From contig CAZKFB010000001.1 in assembly GCA_964551965.1 (NCBI GenBank), positions 7,227 through 71,226 of the forward strand: a stretch of 64,000 nt of DNA, read 5' to 3'. A program made the translations under genes and the position numbers. This DNA comes from an uncultured Muribaculaceae bacterium. Its GTDB lineage: Bacteria > Bacillota_I > Bacilli_A > RF39 > UBA660. Positions 9,493-18,020 of this stretch are shown here, one piece after another; position 1 is the first letter of the stretch; each line of letters starts with the position of its first letter. The notes under the pieces were generated by a model. That model worked only from the letters and a program-made list of their open reading frames with translations, was not told the DNA's origin and did not search any database.

Positions 9493-10578
9493 ATGGAAAA
9501 AGTTGAATTACCAATTTTGAGAGGAAATAATAATAAAAAATCAATACCTTTAACAGTTACTGTTGGACTTATTATATTAGTTGTACTATTACTTATAATA
9601 AGTTTATCATTAACATTCAAAAAGACTTATAAGATAAATTATAGTGATTCTTCCGATTTAGATTATAAGGTATATTTAAAGAAAAACTCTCATTTTGATA
9701 CACAATATTTAGGAAAAGATAAACAGTATATTTCATCATTAATAGACTACATTGATGCAGATTTCACTTATAATTTTTCTAGTGAAGATGATATTGATAT
9801 CGATTATGAATACTATATATTAGCAACTCTTAATATCACAAATGCTGATGGTAAATCAATATATGAGAAAAAAGAGTATTTACAAAACATTAAAAAAGCA
9901 ACTTCAGATAACAATGCTTTAAATATTAAAGAAAACGTGAAAATTGATTATGATAAGTATAATAGAATAGCAAAAAGTTTTATTAGTGATTATGATTTAA
10001 CAGCTAATGCCAATCTAGTTATTAGTTTAATGGTCAATGTTAAGGGTAAGAATTCAAACTTTGATAAGACCATATCTGATGCTGGGGTAATTAAACTTAA
10101 TGTCCCATTAACAACTAAGACAGTAGATATATCTATGGACTATGAATTATCAAATAATAAGAATGCCACATTGCAACAAAGAGAAACAGTCATAAAGAAT
10201 AAAGCATTATTTATTGGTGGTGTTATATTTATAATTGTTGATATTTTAAGTATTATTGGTATTGTAGTTCATATTATAATTACTCGTGATGAAAAAGAAA
10301 AATATCGAGTAGCATTAAATAAAATATTAAGAGATAATGAAAGATATATAAGTGAGACTATTATTACTGAAAGAGTAGAAGATATGTTAAAAACTAGATC
10401 GTTAAGAATTGAAGTAGTAAAGAGCTTTAATGCTTTAATGGATATAAGAGATAGTTTAAACAAACCAATTCTCTACCATGAAGAGAAATTAGGAGAAGAA
10501 GCAGTATTCTATATATTAAGTGATCATATAGGTTACATATATGTAATGAATGTAAATGACTTTAAGAAAAAGAGATAA
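9493..10578 (+). CDS. N-terminally anchored membrane protein, unknown function
   Basis: Signal-anchor LTVTVGLIILVVLLLIISLSL, then a hydrophilic domain and a second TM near residue 230. RBS TGGAGTGG upstream. Lies inside the SipW-like locus. Confidence 0.5.
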   Translation: MEKVELPILRGNNNKKSIPLTVTVGLIILVVLLLIISLSLTFKKTYKINYSDSSDLDYKVYLKKNSHFDTQYLGKDKQYISSLIDYIDADFTYNFSSEDDIDIDYEYYILATLNITNADGKSIYEKKEYLQNIKKATSDNNALNIKENVKIDYDKYNRIAKSFISDYDLTANANLVISLMVNVKGKNSNFDKTISDAGVIKLNVPLTTKTVDISMDYELSNNKNATLQQRETVIKNKALFIGGVIFIIVDILSIIGIVVHIIITRDEKEKYRVALNKILRDNERYISETIITERVEDMLKTRSLRIEVVKSFNALMDIRDSLNKPILYHEEKLGEEAVFYILSDHIGYIYVMNVNDFKKKR

Positions 10579-10593
10579 CTATCTCTTTTTTTT
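10571..10593 (+). terminator. Intrinsic terminator
   Basis: GAGATA/TATCTC hairpin overlapping the stop, followed by a 7-T run. Confidence 0.6.
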
Positions 10594-10678
10594 GATAATT
10601 ATAATTATTGAAAATATATATGTTAAGTTATATAATAAAAAATATAGGATAGTACTATATAGGAAGTAGGTATTAACC

Positions 10679-12670
10679 ATGAATAGAAAGTTTTATGTTT
10701 TATTTATAGCTTTATTCTTAGTCGTTGGTTTTGCCGCTTTATCTACAACTCTTGATATAAAAGGACTTTTATCTATCGGATATAAAGAAGATGATTTTGA
10801 TGTTTATTTTAGTTTTGCTTCGTATCTTGAAAATACCGATAGTTATATAGAAATAACCGATAAAAATCAATTTATTTTTACTCCTAATATAAGTCAAGAT
10901 GATAAAACTTTAACAATTAATTATGAAGTTGCTAATGCAAGTCATCAATATGATACAGAAATAGAAGTTAATTGTTCTCCAATAAATCAAGAGTATACAA
11001 ATATCGAAAATAATCTTAAAGATAGTTTTATAAAAGCTAGAGACATTGGTGAAGGAACAGTAGTAGTTTCTTTGAATGAGTCAGCTACCGGAGAAGAAAC
11101 GATTAATGATAGTTATAAATGTGTTTTAGAAACTAAAGCTATATCTAGAACGGAAGTTGATAATTCAAGTATAGCAAGGTTTATAGAAATAGATGGTAAG
11201 AAAACTAATGTAAAAGAATGGAGAAATATTGATTTAGCTTATACGAGTTCAACTGATACTATTTATGCTAGAAGTGATGATGAATATCTATACTTATATG
11301 CAGATAATAATGAAAACTTAGATTACAAAAATATAAGACTTTATATTTCTACTACTGCTTCATCTTCTCTACAAGTATATAACTATTTGATTGAAAATAA
11401 TCGTGCTTATTCTTATGATAATGGAGCAACTACACTTGTTGGTCATACTGATTATAGAATAGATGAGGGATTAGAATATAAAATTCCATTAAGCGTTTTG
11501 AACGTTTCTTCAATTAATGAAATAAATACAATTAGATTGCGATATGCTGGTAGTAGCTATGAGACTTTAAAAGAGTTTGATATATTTTTGAAAAGAGATT
11601 CTATTATTGTTGATGGTAATAAAACTTATGTTAGTGAATATACAGATGAAGATGTTATTTATGAAAAAGGTAATGCAATTGTATACGCAAGAATAATAGA
11701 TGATTATATTTATTTTTATGCTTATGATAGTAGTTTATCACAGGATGACTTAACTAATCCTTCAATTTATGTTGGTAGTAGATCCGATAATATTACCAAG
11801 AATTTAACTACCGGCTATATGATTTGGTATGAAACATCTCTTTTATCTTGTAATTCAGTTTCTTGTAATAATTCAATTCCTGATAGTAATAAGTATAATC
11901 CATTAAGAGCTATTTCTTCCGGAGTAGAGTTTAAAATACCATTAGGTGTATTAGATATGAAGACAATGAATGATTTAAAAGTTGTAAGAATATTATATAG
12001 AAATTCTTCATGGCAAGAAGTTAAGACAATTGATGTAAGTCTTCTTTTAAAATATACACAAGAAGATTTAGTTGGTAAGACTTATGTACTAGCTAATAAA
12101 CCTACTGAATGGAGTAACATGTATATTTATCTTGATAATATGACATGGCCAGGAGAAGAAATGGGTATTCTTACTGATATGGAGAATTCCTATGTATATG
12201 TCTTACCTGATAATATAGAATCTGCTTATGCTGTGTTCTCATGTAAAGAAGGAGATTCATATCCAATAATTAATCAAAATATATTTAAAATTGAAAAGGG
12301 TAAGAGTAGAAAATGGGATTCTACAAAAGAAGGATTATTATCATGGAGTTATATAGATAGTTCTTATGAATCGACTGATTTAGGAATTAATTTTAAATTA
12401 ACTGTTCCTCAAGGTAAAACTGATGGTGGATGTGTATACTTGTATGATGCTGATGCTACATTAGATAAATTACATGCTTGGCCTGGAGTATATTTAACAA
12501 AAAATGGAACAGAATATACTGGAAGAATAGATGATATCAGTAAGTATAATAAAGTAAGGGTAATATTTAACAACTGTAATAAGGGATGGCAATTCCCATC
12601 AGTTGATGGAATATATGTAAAACCAGGCACTACTTTAACTTACGATGGATTAGGAGCTTATGCTAATTAA
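10679..12670 (+). CDS. Large secreted protein with the same SipW-cognate-like signal and conserved mature N-terminus
   Basis: Signal MNRKFYVLFIALFLVVGFA|ALSTTLDIKGLL parallels the 7743 gene (GFAA-(V/L)-(T/S)-TTL-x-I-x-G-x-L). 663 aa, no further TM. RBS GGAAGTAGG upstream. Confidence 0.6.
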   Translation: MNRKFYVLFIALFLVVGFAALSTTLDIKGLLSIGYKEDDFDVYFSFASYLENTDSYIEITDKNQFIFTPNISQDDKTLTINYEVANASHQYDTEIEVNCSPINQEYTNIENNLKDSFIKARDIGEGTVVVSLNESATGEETINDSYKCVLETKAISRTEVDNSSIARFIEIDGKKTNVKEWRNIDLAYTSSTDTIYARSDDEYLYLYADNNENLDYKNIRLYISTTASSSLQVYNYLIENNRAYSYDNGATTLVGHTDYRIDEGLEYKIPLSVLNVSSINEINTIRLRYAGSSYETLKEFDIFLKRDSIIVDGNKTYVSEYTDEDVIYEKGNAIVYARIIDDYIYFYAYDSSLSQDDLTNPSIYVGSRSDNITKNLTTGYMIWYETSLLSCNSVSCNNSIPDSNKYNPLRAISSGVEFKIPLGVLDMKTMNDLKVVRILYRNSSWQEVKTIDVSLLLKYTQEDLVGKTYVLANKPTEWSNMYIYLDNMTWPGEEMGILTDMENSYVYVLPDNIESAYAVFSCKEGDSYPIINQNIFKIEKGKSRKWDSTKEGLLSWSYIDSSYESTDLGINFKLTVPQGKTDGGCVYLYDADATLDKLHAWPGVYLTKNGTEYTGRIDDISKYNKVRVIFNNCNKGWQFPSVDGIYVKPGTTLTYDGLGAYAN

Positions 12671-12680
12671 TTTAAAAAAT

Positions 12681-12709
12681 AAATCTCAAGATTATTCTTG
12701 AGATTTTTT
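12681..12709. terminator. Bidirectional intrinsic terminator between convergent genes
   Basis: 11-bp perfect stem AAATCTCAAGA / TCTTGAGATTT with a T-run on + and an A-run upstream (T-run on -). The stop codon of the minus-strand gene lies in the loop. Confidence 0.75.
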
Positions 12710-13939
12710 AATTCCTAGTTCATAATTATGATCTTGATTTAATATGTTTTCTAAAGCTTCTAATTCTTCATTGATTGAATTTAACCAAAATTCTTTATCT
12801 TTACTAGAACTATTAATATATTCATTAACTAAGTCATGAAGAGTACGATCTAGATTTTCAATATCTTTAATACCTTTATAGTATTCAATCTTATTAGATA
12901 AGTCTAAGTATCTATCTAATGCACTTATGCACTTATGTTTTTTAAGAGCTTTAGAAATAAATGTTTCAATAGTTGAACCAGAGAAATCTAAATTTTGCAT
13001 AATAGTTACAACATATTGTATTTCTGCTATTCTAAGTGTTTTCTTAAGTATGTGATTTTCTAAATCATAATACTTAGATATAATTTGCATTCCTTCATAA
13101 TAATCATTTTTAGATATCATTGGTTCAGATTCTACTCTAAATGATTCAGTATTTATCTTAGGAGTTTTATCTTCATTTAGTTTCTTTTTATCTATTTTCT
13201 CAAATACACTTGATAAAGATTCCGGTTTAGAATAACCTAGTAAAGAGAATGCTTTAATTATAGAATCAATATTACATTCTTCTTTTATTTCTATCTTTAA
13301 TAAATATTCATCTTCTAATAGATGATGAGCTTTCTTAATATCCTCAAATTCTATACCTTCAGCAGTATCGGTGTATATGCCATTATATATATTATTTGCA
13401 ACTATACATAAAGTAGCACTTATGATATCTTGTTTGTTCATACACATTTCTTCAAATAGAGTAAACATTTCATTAAACTTATAGAAAATACTATCAGATC
13501 TTTCCGTTAATAAATCTCTTAATATTCCGTTAGTAGATATTAAAGTTGCAAAATGTAATAAATCTCTTTTTATTAATCTATAATGAGCATGTTTTGTTAA
13601 CCATTTATTAGTTTTCTTACTTCTTTTAGATAAATCATCATAAAAAGGTTCTAATTCGTCATATTCAACTTTTAATTCATATTCATCTAAGTGTTCTGAA
13701 TATCCATTATAGTAAATAGATAATAAGTTATTTCTAATAATTATCTTCATTATTTCATTTAATAGGTTATAAACTTTAATAATAGATTCTGCTTTAAATC
13801 TATTTCTAACAGCTTCCGAATAATAATCATAAGATTCAACTATACTATCTATTTGATTATCTGTGTAGCTATCTAGTGTTTGCAATAATTCCTTTCTTGA
13901 TACTAAAAAATCTTTATTTGTTGTCATATTAATCCTCAT
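12692..13939 (-). CDS. Hypothetical cytoplasmic protein (415 aa)
   Basis: Long minus-strand ORF with no TM or signal and no recognised domain. Confidence 0.5.
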   Translation of the reverse strand: MRINMTTNKDFLVSRKELLQTLDSYTDNQIDSIVESYDYYSEAVRNRFKAESIIKVYNLLNEIMKIIIRNNLLSIYYNGYSEHLDEYELKVEYDELEPFYDDLSKRSKKTNKWLTKHAHYRLIKRDLLHFATLISTNGILRDLLTERSDSIFYKFNEMFTLFEEMCMNKQDIISATLCIVANNIYNGIYTDTAEGIEFEDIKKAHHLLEDEYLLKIEIKEECNIDSIIKAFSLLGYSKPESLSSVFEKIDKKKLNEDKTPKINTESFRVESEPMISKNDYYEGMQIISKYYDLENHILKKTLRIAEIQYVVTIMQNLDFSGSTIETFISKALKKHKCISALDRYLDLSNKIEYYKGIKDIENLDRTLHDLVNEYINSSSKDKEFWLNSINEELEALENILNQDHNYELGIKKSQE

Positions 13940-14165
13940 TTCGTTTAATAATTAGTATAAGAAAAAAAGTAGTATATTGTCAATAATTTAGAGTGTAAAA
14001 TATATGCTCTTTAATAGTTCAAAATAGAAAATAATGATATAATTATCATAGAGTGTGATTAATGAGAATTATGTATAACTAAATAGAATCATTTATTTAC
14101 ATTTAATACCTATTAATATATAATAGGGTATATGACCTATAAAACTTTTATAAATATGTTTTGGA

Positions 14166-16382
14166 GTGATATTTATGGACAATAAGAAAGTTTATTATAG
14201 ATATTTAGATATAATAAGAGTATTTTTTTGTATAGCAATACTTTTTTATCACTTAGATATTATTAAGGGTGGTTATCTTGCCGTATGTTCTTTTTTTGCA
14301 TTAAGTGGATATCTATCTGTTATATCTTCAATGAGAAAAGATAATTTCTCATTAAAGAACTTTTATATAAGTAGAATAAAGAAAATATATTTACCATTAG
14401 TTATAGTTGTATTCTTAACAGTTGCTATTGTTAATGTATTTGATATTATTTGGTTGAATCTTAAACCGGAAACTACATCTATATTACTTGGATTTAATAA
14501 CTTTTGGCAGTTAAGTGTTAATTTAGATTATTTTGCACATCATATAGATTCACCATTTATGCATCTATGGTATGTAGCAATTCTATTACAATTTGAATTA
14601 ATATTCCCACTTATTTATATTCCACTTAAGAAATTAGGAGATAAAGTAAATAAATTATTACCGGGAAATATAATGCTTGTAATATCTATTTTGGGATATG
14701 TATTCTTCTATAGAATGTGTTTAAGTGGTAATTTAATGTTCCCATACTATAATACATTTACAAGGGTATTCTCACTTACATTCGGGGTTGCTTTAGGTTT
14801 CTTACATGGATACTTTAAACCATTAGTACCTAAATTATTAAGAGGTAAGAAAACAGTTAATGTTATAATGGGTATATATATGATACTTCTTACTATCATG
14901 TTCTTTACCATTGATGCATCAAATAAATATTTCTGTGCTGGTATATTACTATCAACTTTATTTGCTTTAAGATTAATAGATTATTCATGTATAAATAATT
15001 TAAATGAAGATAGTAAAGTAATAAGTATTATTAAATACTTATCTAGTATTAGTTATGAATTATTCTTAGTACAATATCCAGTAATATTCTTATTCCAATA
15101 TATTAAATGGAATGTTGTTATAGAAACTATATTAATTATAATTATTACATTTATTATTTCTTCTATTATTCACTTTATCTTAAAAATTAATAAAGAGAAG
15201 TTAGTATTAAAATTAATAATGGCTGTTTTGGTATTAGGTGGAGTATTCTATGGTGAGTATACATATGTAATCACTGAAGATCATTCTAAAGAAATGAAAC
15301 AACTAGAAGATGAATTAACTAAGAATGCTGAAGATGCTAAGAGAAAGCAAGAACAATATAAGAAAGAATATGAAGATGCTCAAAGAGAATATGAGGAAGC
15401 TTTAAAGAATCTTGATAAAGATAAAGACAACATTAAGAATGTTGTTGATAACTTACCTGTCGTTGGTATTGGTGATTCAGTTATGTTAGGAGCTGTTAAG
15501 AGCCTTGAAAGTGTATTTCCTAAAGGAATATTCAATGGAGAAGTATCCCGTACTGCTTATGCTGCAAATGATATATTACTAGAATATAAGAATTCGGGAG
15601 TATTAGGTGACTATGTAGTATTCAATCTTGGAACTAATGGAGATTCATCAGCAAAGTGTAAAGCAGAAATCATGGAAACTTTAGGAAATCGAGAAGTTTA
15701 TTGGTTGACAGTTACTAATGATGAAGAAGTTCACTTTAATGATAAGATTAAAGCTTATGCAAGTAAGTTTGAGAATGTTCATGTAATTGACTGGGCTGAA
15801 GCTGCAGTAGGCCATCCTGAATACTTCTATGCTGATGGCATTCATTTGACTCCTCCCGGAAGAAAAGCATATGCTGAAGTTATCTACAATGCTATCTATC
15901 AAGGTGTATTAGATAGAATAGATAGATTAAAGAGTGATCTAATGCAAGATCATGAGAATAGTACCAAGAATAAAATAACATTCTATGGAAATGATTTATT
16001 GTTAAATTCTTATGATTTAATAGAAAAAACTTTTAATAATTCTAATTTTGAAATAGATTCTGATTATACTACTGATAAACTAATTAAAAAAATAAATAAT
16101 AGTATCAAGAATAAAACAATAACTAATACTTTAGTATTTGTCTATGATTCAACATCAGATATCGATTATAAAAAAGTAATAGATTTAGTTAAAGATAAAA
16201 ATGTATACATTATAACAACTAAAGATATTGAAATTAATGTTGATAATGTCAAAGTTATAAACATTAAGAATGATTTGAATAGCAATGCTGATTATTTAAG
16301 ACCTGATAAAACCCATTTAACTGATAAAGGTAAAGAATATTTAAATCAAGTATTAATAGATAATGTAAAAAAGTCTAGTTAA
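14166..16382 (+). CDS. OatA-like O-acetyltransferase: acyltransferase-3 membrane domain + SGNH hydrolase domain + extra C-terminal domain
   Basis: N-terminal ~360 aa are polytopic and start with the AT3 pattern (RYLDIIRVFFCIAILFYHL). A coiled-coil linker rich in KE follows. The GDSL/SGNH block I is VVGIGDSVMLGA, with later GTND and DGIHLT motifs. About 160 extra residues follow the SGNH domain. Confidence 0.8.
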   Translation: MIFMDNKKVYYRYLDIIRVFFCIAILFYHLDIIKGGYLAVCSFFALSGYLSVISSMRKDNFSLKNFYISRIKKIYLPLVIVVFLTVAIVNVFDIIWLNLKPETTSILLGFNNFWQLSVNLDYFAHHIDSPFMHLWYVAILLQFELIFPLIYIPLKKLGDKVNKLLPGNIMLVISILGYVFFYRMCLSGNLMFPYYNTFTRVFSLTFGVALGFLHGYFKPLVPKLLRGKKTVNVIMGIYMILLTIMFFTIDASNKYFCAGILLSTLFALRLIDYSCINNLNEDSKVISIIKYLSSISYELFLVQYPVIFLFQYIKWNVVIETILIIIITFIISSIIHFILKINKEKLVLKLIMAVLVLGGVFYGEYTYVITEDHSKEMKQLEDELTKNAEDAKRKQEQYKKEYEDAQREYEEALKNLDKDKDNIKNVVDNLPVVGIGDSVMLGAVKSLESVFPKGIFNGEVSRTAYAANDILLEYKNSGVLGDYVVFNLGTNGDSSAKCKAEIMETLGNREVYWLTVTNDEEVHFNDKIKAYASKFENVHVIDWAEAAVGHPEYFYADGIHLTPPGRKAYAEVIYNAIYQGVLDRIDRLKSDLMQDHENSTKNKITFYGNDLLLNSYDLIEKTFNNSNFEIDSDYTTDKLIKKINNSIKNKTITNTLVFVYDSTSDIDYKKVIDLVKDKNVYIITTKDIEINVDNVKVINIKNDLNSNADYLRPDKTHLTDKGKEYLNQVLIDNVKKSS

Positions 16383-16399
16383 AACTAGATTTTTTTTTT
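16374..16399 (+). terminator. Intrinsic terminator
   Basis: TCTAGTT/AACTAGA hairpin spanning the stop codon, followed by a 9-T run. Confidence 0.6.
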
Positions 16400-16475
16400 A
16401 TGTAAGGTATGTTATAATTAAGATATAAGTGTAGTTGGTTATAAAATTTATTAATTTATACATAATAAATTTGAG

Positions 16476-16787
16476 GTGATTATTTTGGAAGTACTAGATC
16501 TAACCCCACTAAAAAGTGAATATAATTCACATTATCGAAATTATGATAAAAATATATTAGATTTTTATGAAATGAAGTTTCAAAATACATACACGATGGG
16601 AATCATCTTAAATTATATTATTGATACTAAAGAATATGAAGTGTATTGCTACATATACACAGATAAACAAACCGCATCTCATTTAAAAATGAAGTATTTC
16701 AAGAATAAAATATTATCCAAAATATATTTTAATTATTTAAAGTTATTTATGAATATAAGAGATTTGAGATTTTTTTTTAATAATTGA
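16476..16787 (+). CDS. Small hypothetical protein (GTG start), doubtful
   Basis: 103-aa ORF in an AT-rich spacer. GAGGTGA RBS before a GTG start. No recognisable domain. Confidence 0.2.
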   Translation: MIILEVLDLTPLKSEYNSHYRNYDKNILDFYEMKFQNTYTMGIILNYIIDTKEYEVYCYIYTDKQTASHLKMKYFKNKILSKIYFNYLKLFMNIRDLRFFFNN

Positions 16788-16854
16788 TTACAGTTTTATT
16801 ACAGTTTTGTAATAGAAATAAAAAAGATACTAAAGAGAAACTTTTCCGATATTT

Positions 16855-16884
16855 ACATTTACAAACCTTGATGTATAATGAAGT
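16855..16884 (+). promoter_or_regulatory. Candidate sigma-A type promoter upstream of the toxin-island operon
   Basis: TTTACA, 16-nt spacer, TATAAT preceded by TG. Lies ~110 nt upstream of the 16996 start. Confidence 0.35.
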
Positions 16885-16995
16885 AAAATGAATTAATTGT
16901 CTGTTGGATGATTAGTTCATTTTTTTATGCATTGGAGTGTGATTATTATGATTGTGCACAAATAATGATTAATTATACTAAAAAGGACTGATATT

Positions 16996-17340
16996 ATGAA
17001 ATTTATTAAAATAAAACCCACAACTAACTATAGTAATGAATCTATTATAAAACTATTTATTGAAGATAAATATTATCTTCATAAGACAACTATCACATTA
17101 ATACTTAACTATCCATTAGAAATAATCAATGGAATACCTGATGAATTAATAATACTAGTTCATAAAGGAGTAATTAATCAAGCATATATCAAGAGATTGG
17201 TATATAAAGAATCAACAGATAAAGAAGAAATAATAAAAGAATATTTGGAAATACCAAATATTTTTTTATTTAAAGGGGTTAATCATATTAAAACAAGCTG
17301 TAAAAATTTAGAAATAGAAATGGAGAATATATATGAATGA
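16996..17340 (+). CDS. Hypothetical protein (114 aa)
   Basis: ORF overlapping the start of the tail-collar gene by 8 nt, which suggests translational coupling. No recognised domain. Confidence 0.4.
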   Translation: MKFIKIKPTTNYSNESIIKLFIEDKYYLHKTTITLILNYPLEIINGIPDELIILVHKGVINQAYIKRLVYKESTDKEEIIKEYLEIPNIFLFKGVNHIKTSCKNLEIEMENIYE

Positions 17341-18001
17341 AAATATAAATAATTGTTTTACAGAAATTGAAGATGGAAAGATAAATGCTAAATTCAATAA
17401 AGCAACAATGAAATGCTTCGATTCAGAAAATAATAAATTTAGCATGGATTGTGATGGTAATTTAGTAGTTAATTCTATTATTACAAGAGAACAAAGTGGA
17501 AGTGGCCTAACATTTAATCAAGTGTATCCAGTAGGATCGATTTATATGAGTGTAAGTTCAATAGATCCTAGTACATTGTTTGGAGGAACTTGGGAACAAG
17601 TTAAAGGAAGATTTTTACTTGGCTGTGGAAATAATGGAGATGGAAATGATTACCTTGCTAATAATGTTGGTGGAGAAGCATCTCATCAATTAAGTATTAA
17701 TGAAGTACCAAGCCATGCTCACTATGTTAATTTGGTTACTGGAGCTAATGGAGCACATAATCATAATCTAAGAAGAGATATGGTAGGTAATGAATTTGGA
17801 ATCGGCGGAGGAAATTCTGTTGGAAACAGTTTAAACGGAACTTGGTCAAATACTAGTATATGGCCTAATTCTATTGGAGCATCTAGTGCTGGAATTCATA
17901 ATCATACTGTTTCCGGAAATACTAATGCTAATGGTGGAAGTCAATTCCATAACAATATGCCACCTTATCTTTGTGTATATATTTGGAAAAGAGTTTCTTA
18001 A
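17333..18001 (+). CDS. Phage tail collar domain protein (MdpB-like)
   Basis: Gly/Asn-rich repeats with HxH boxes (HAHYVNLVTGANGAHNHNL, HNHTVSGNTNANGG) and the terminal NMPPYL motif typical of phage tail-collar / microcystin-dependent protein family members. Confidence 0.7.
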   Translation: MNENINNCFTEIEDGKINAKFNKATMKCFDSENNKFSMDCDGNLVVNSIITREQSGSGLTFNQVYPVGSIYMSVSSIDPSTLFGGTWEQVKGRFLLGCGNNGDGNDYLANNVGGEASHQLSINEVPSHAHYVNLVTGANGAHNHNLRRDMVGNEFGIGGGNSVGNSLNGTWSNTSIWPNSIGASSAGIHNHTVSGNTNANGGSQFHNNMPPYLCVYIWKRVS

Positions 18002-18020
18002 AGTTCTATAGGAGTGTACA

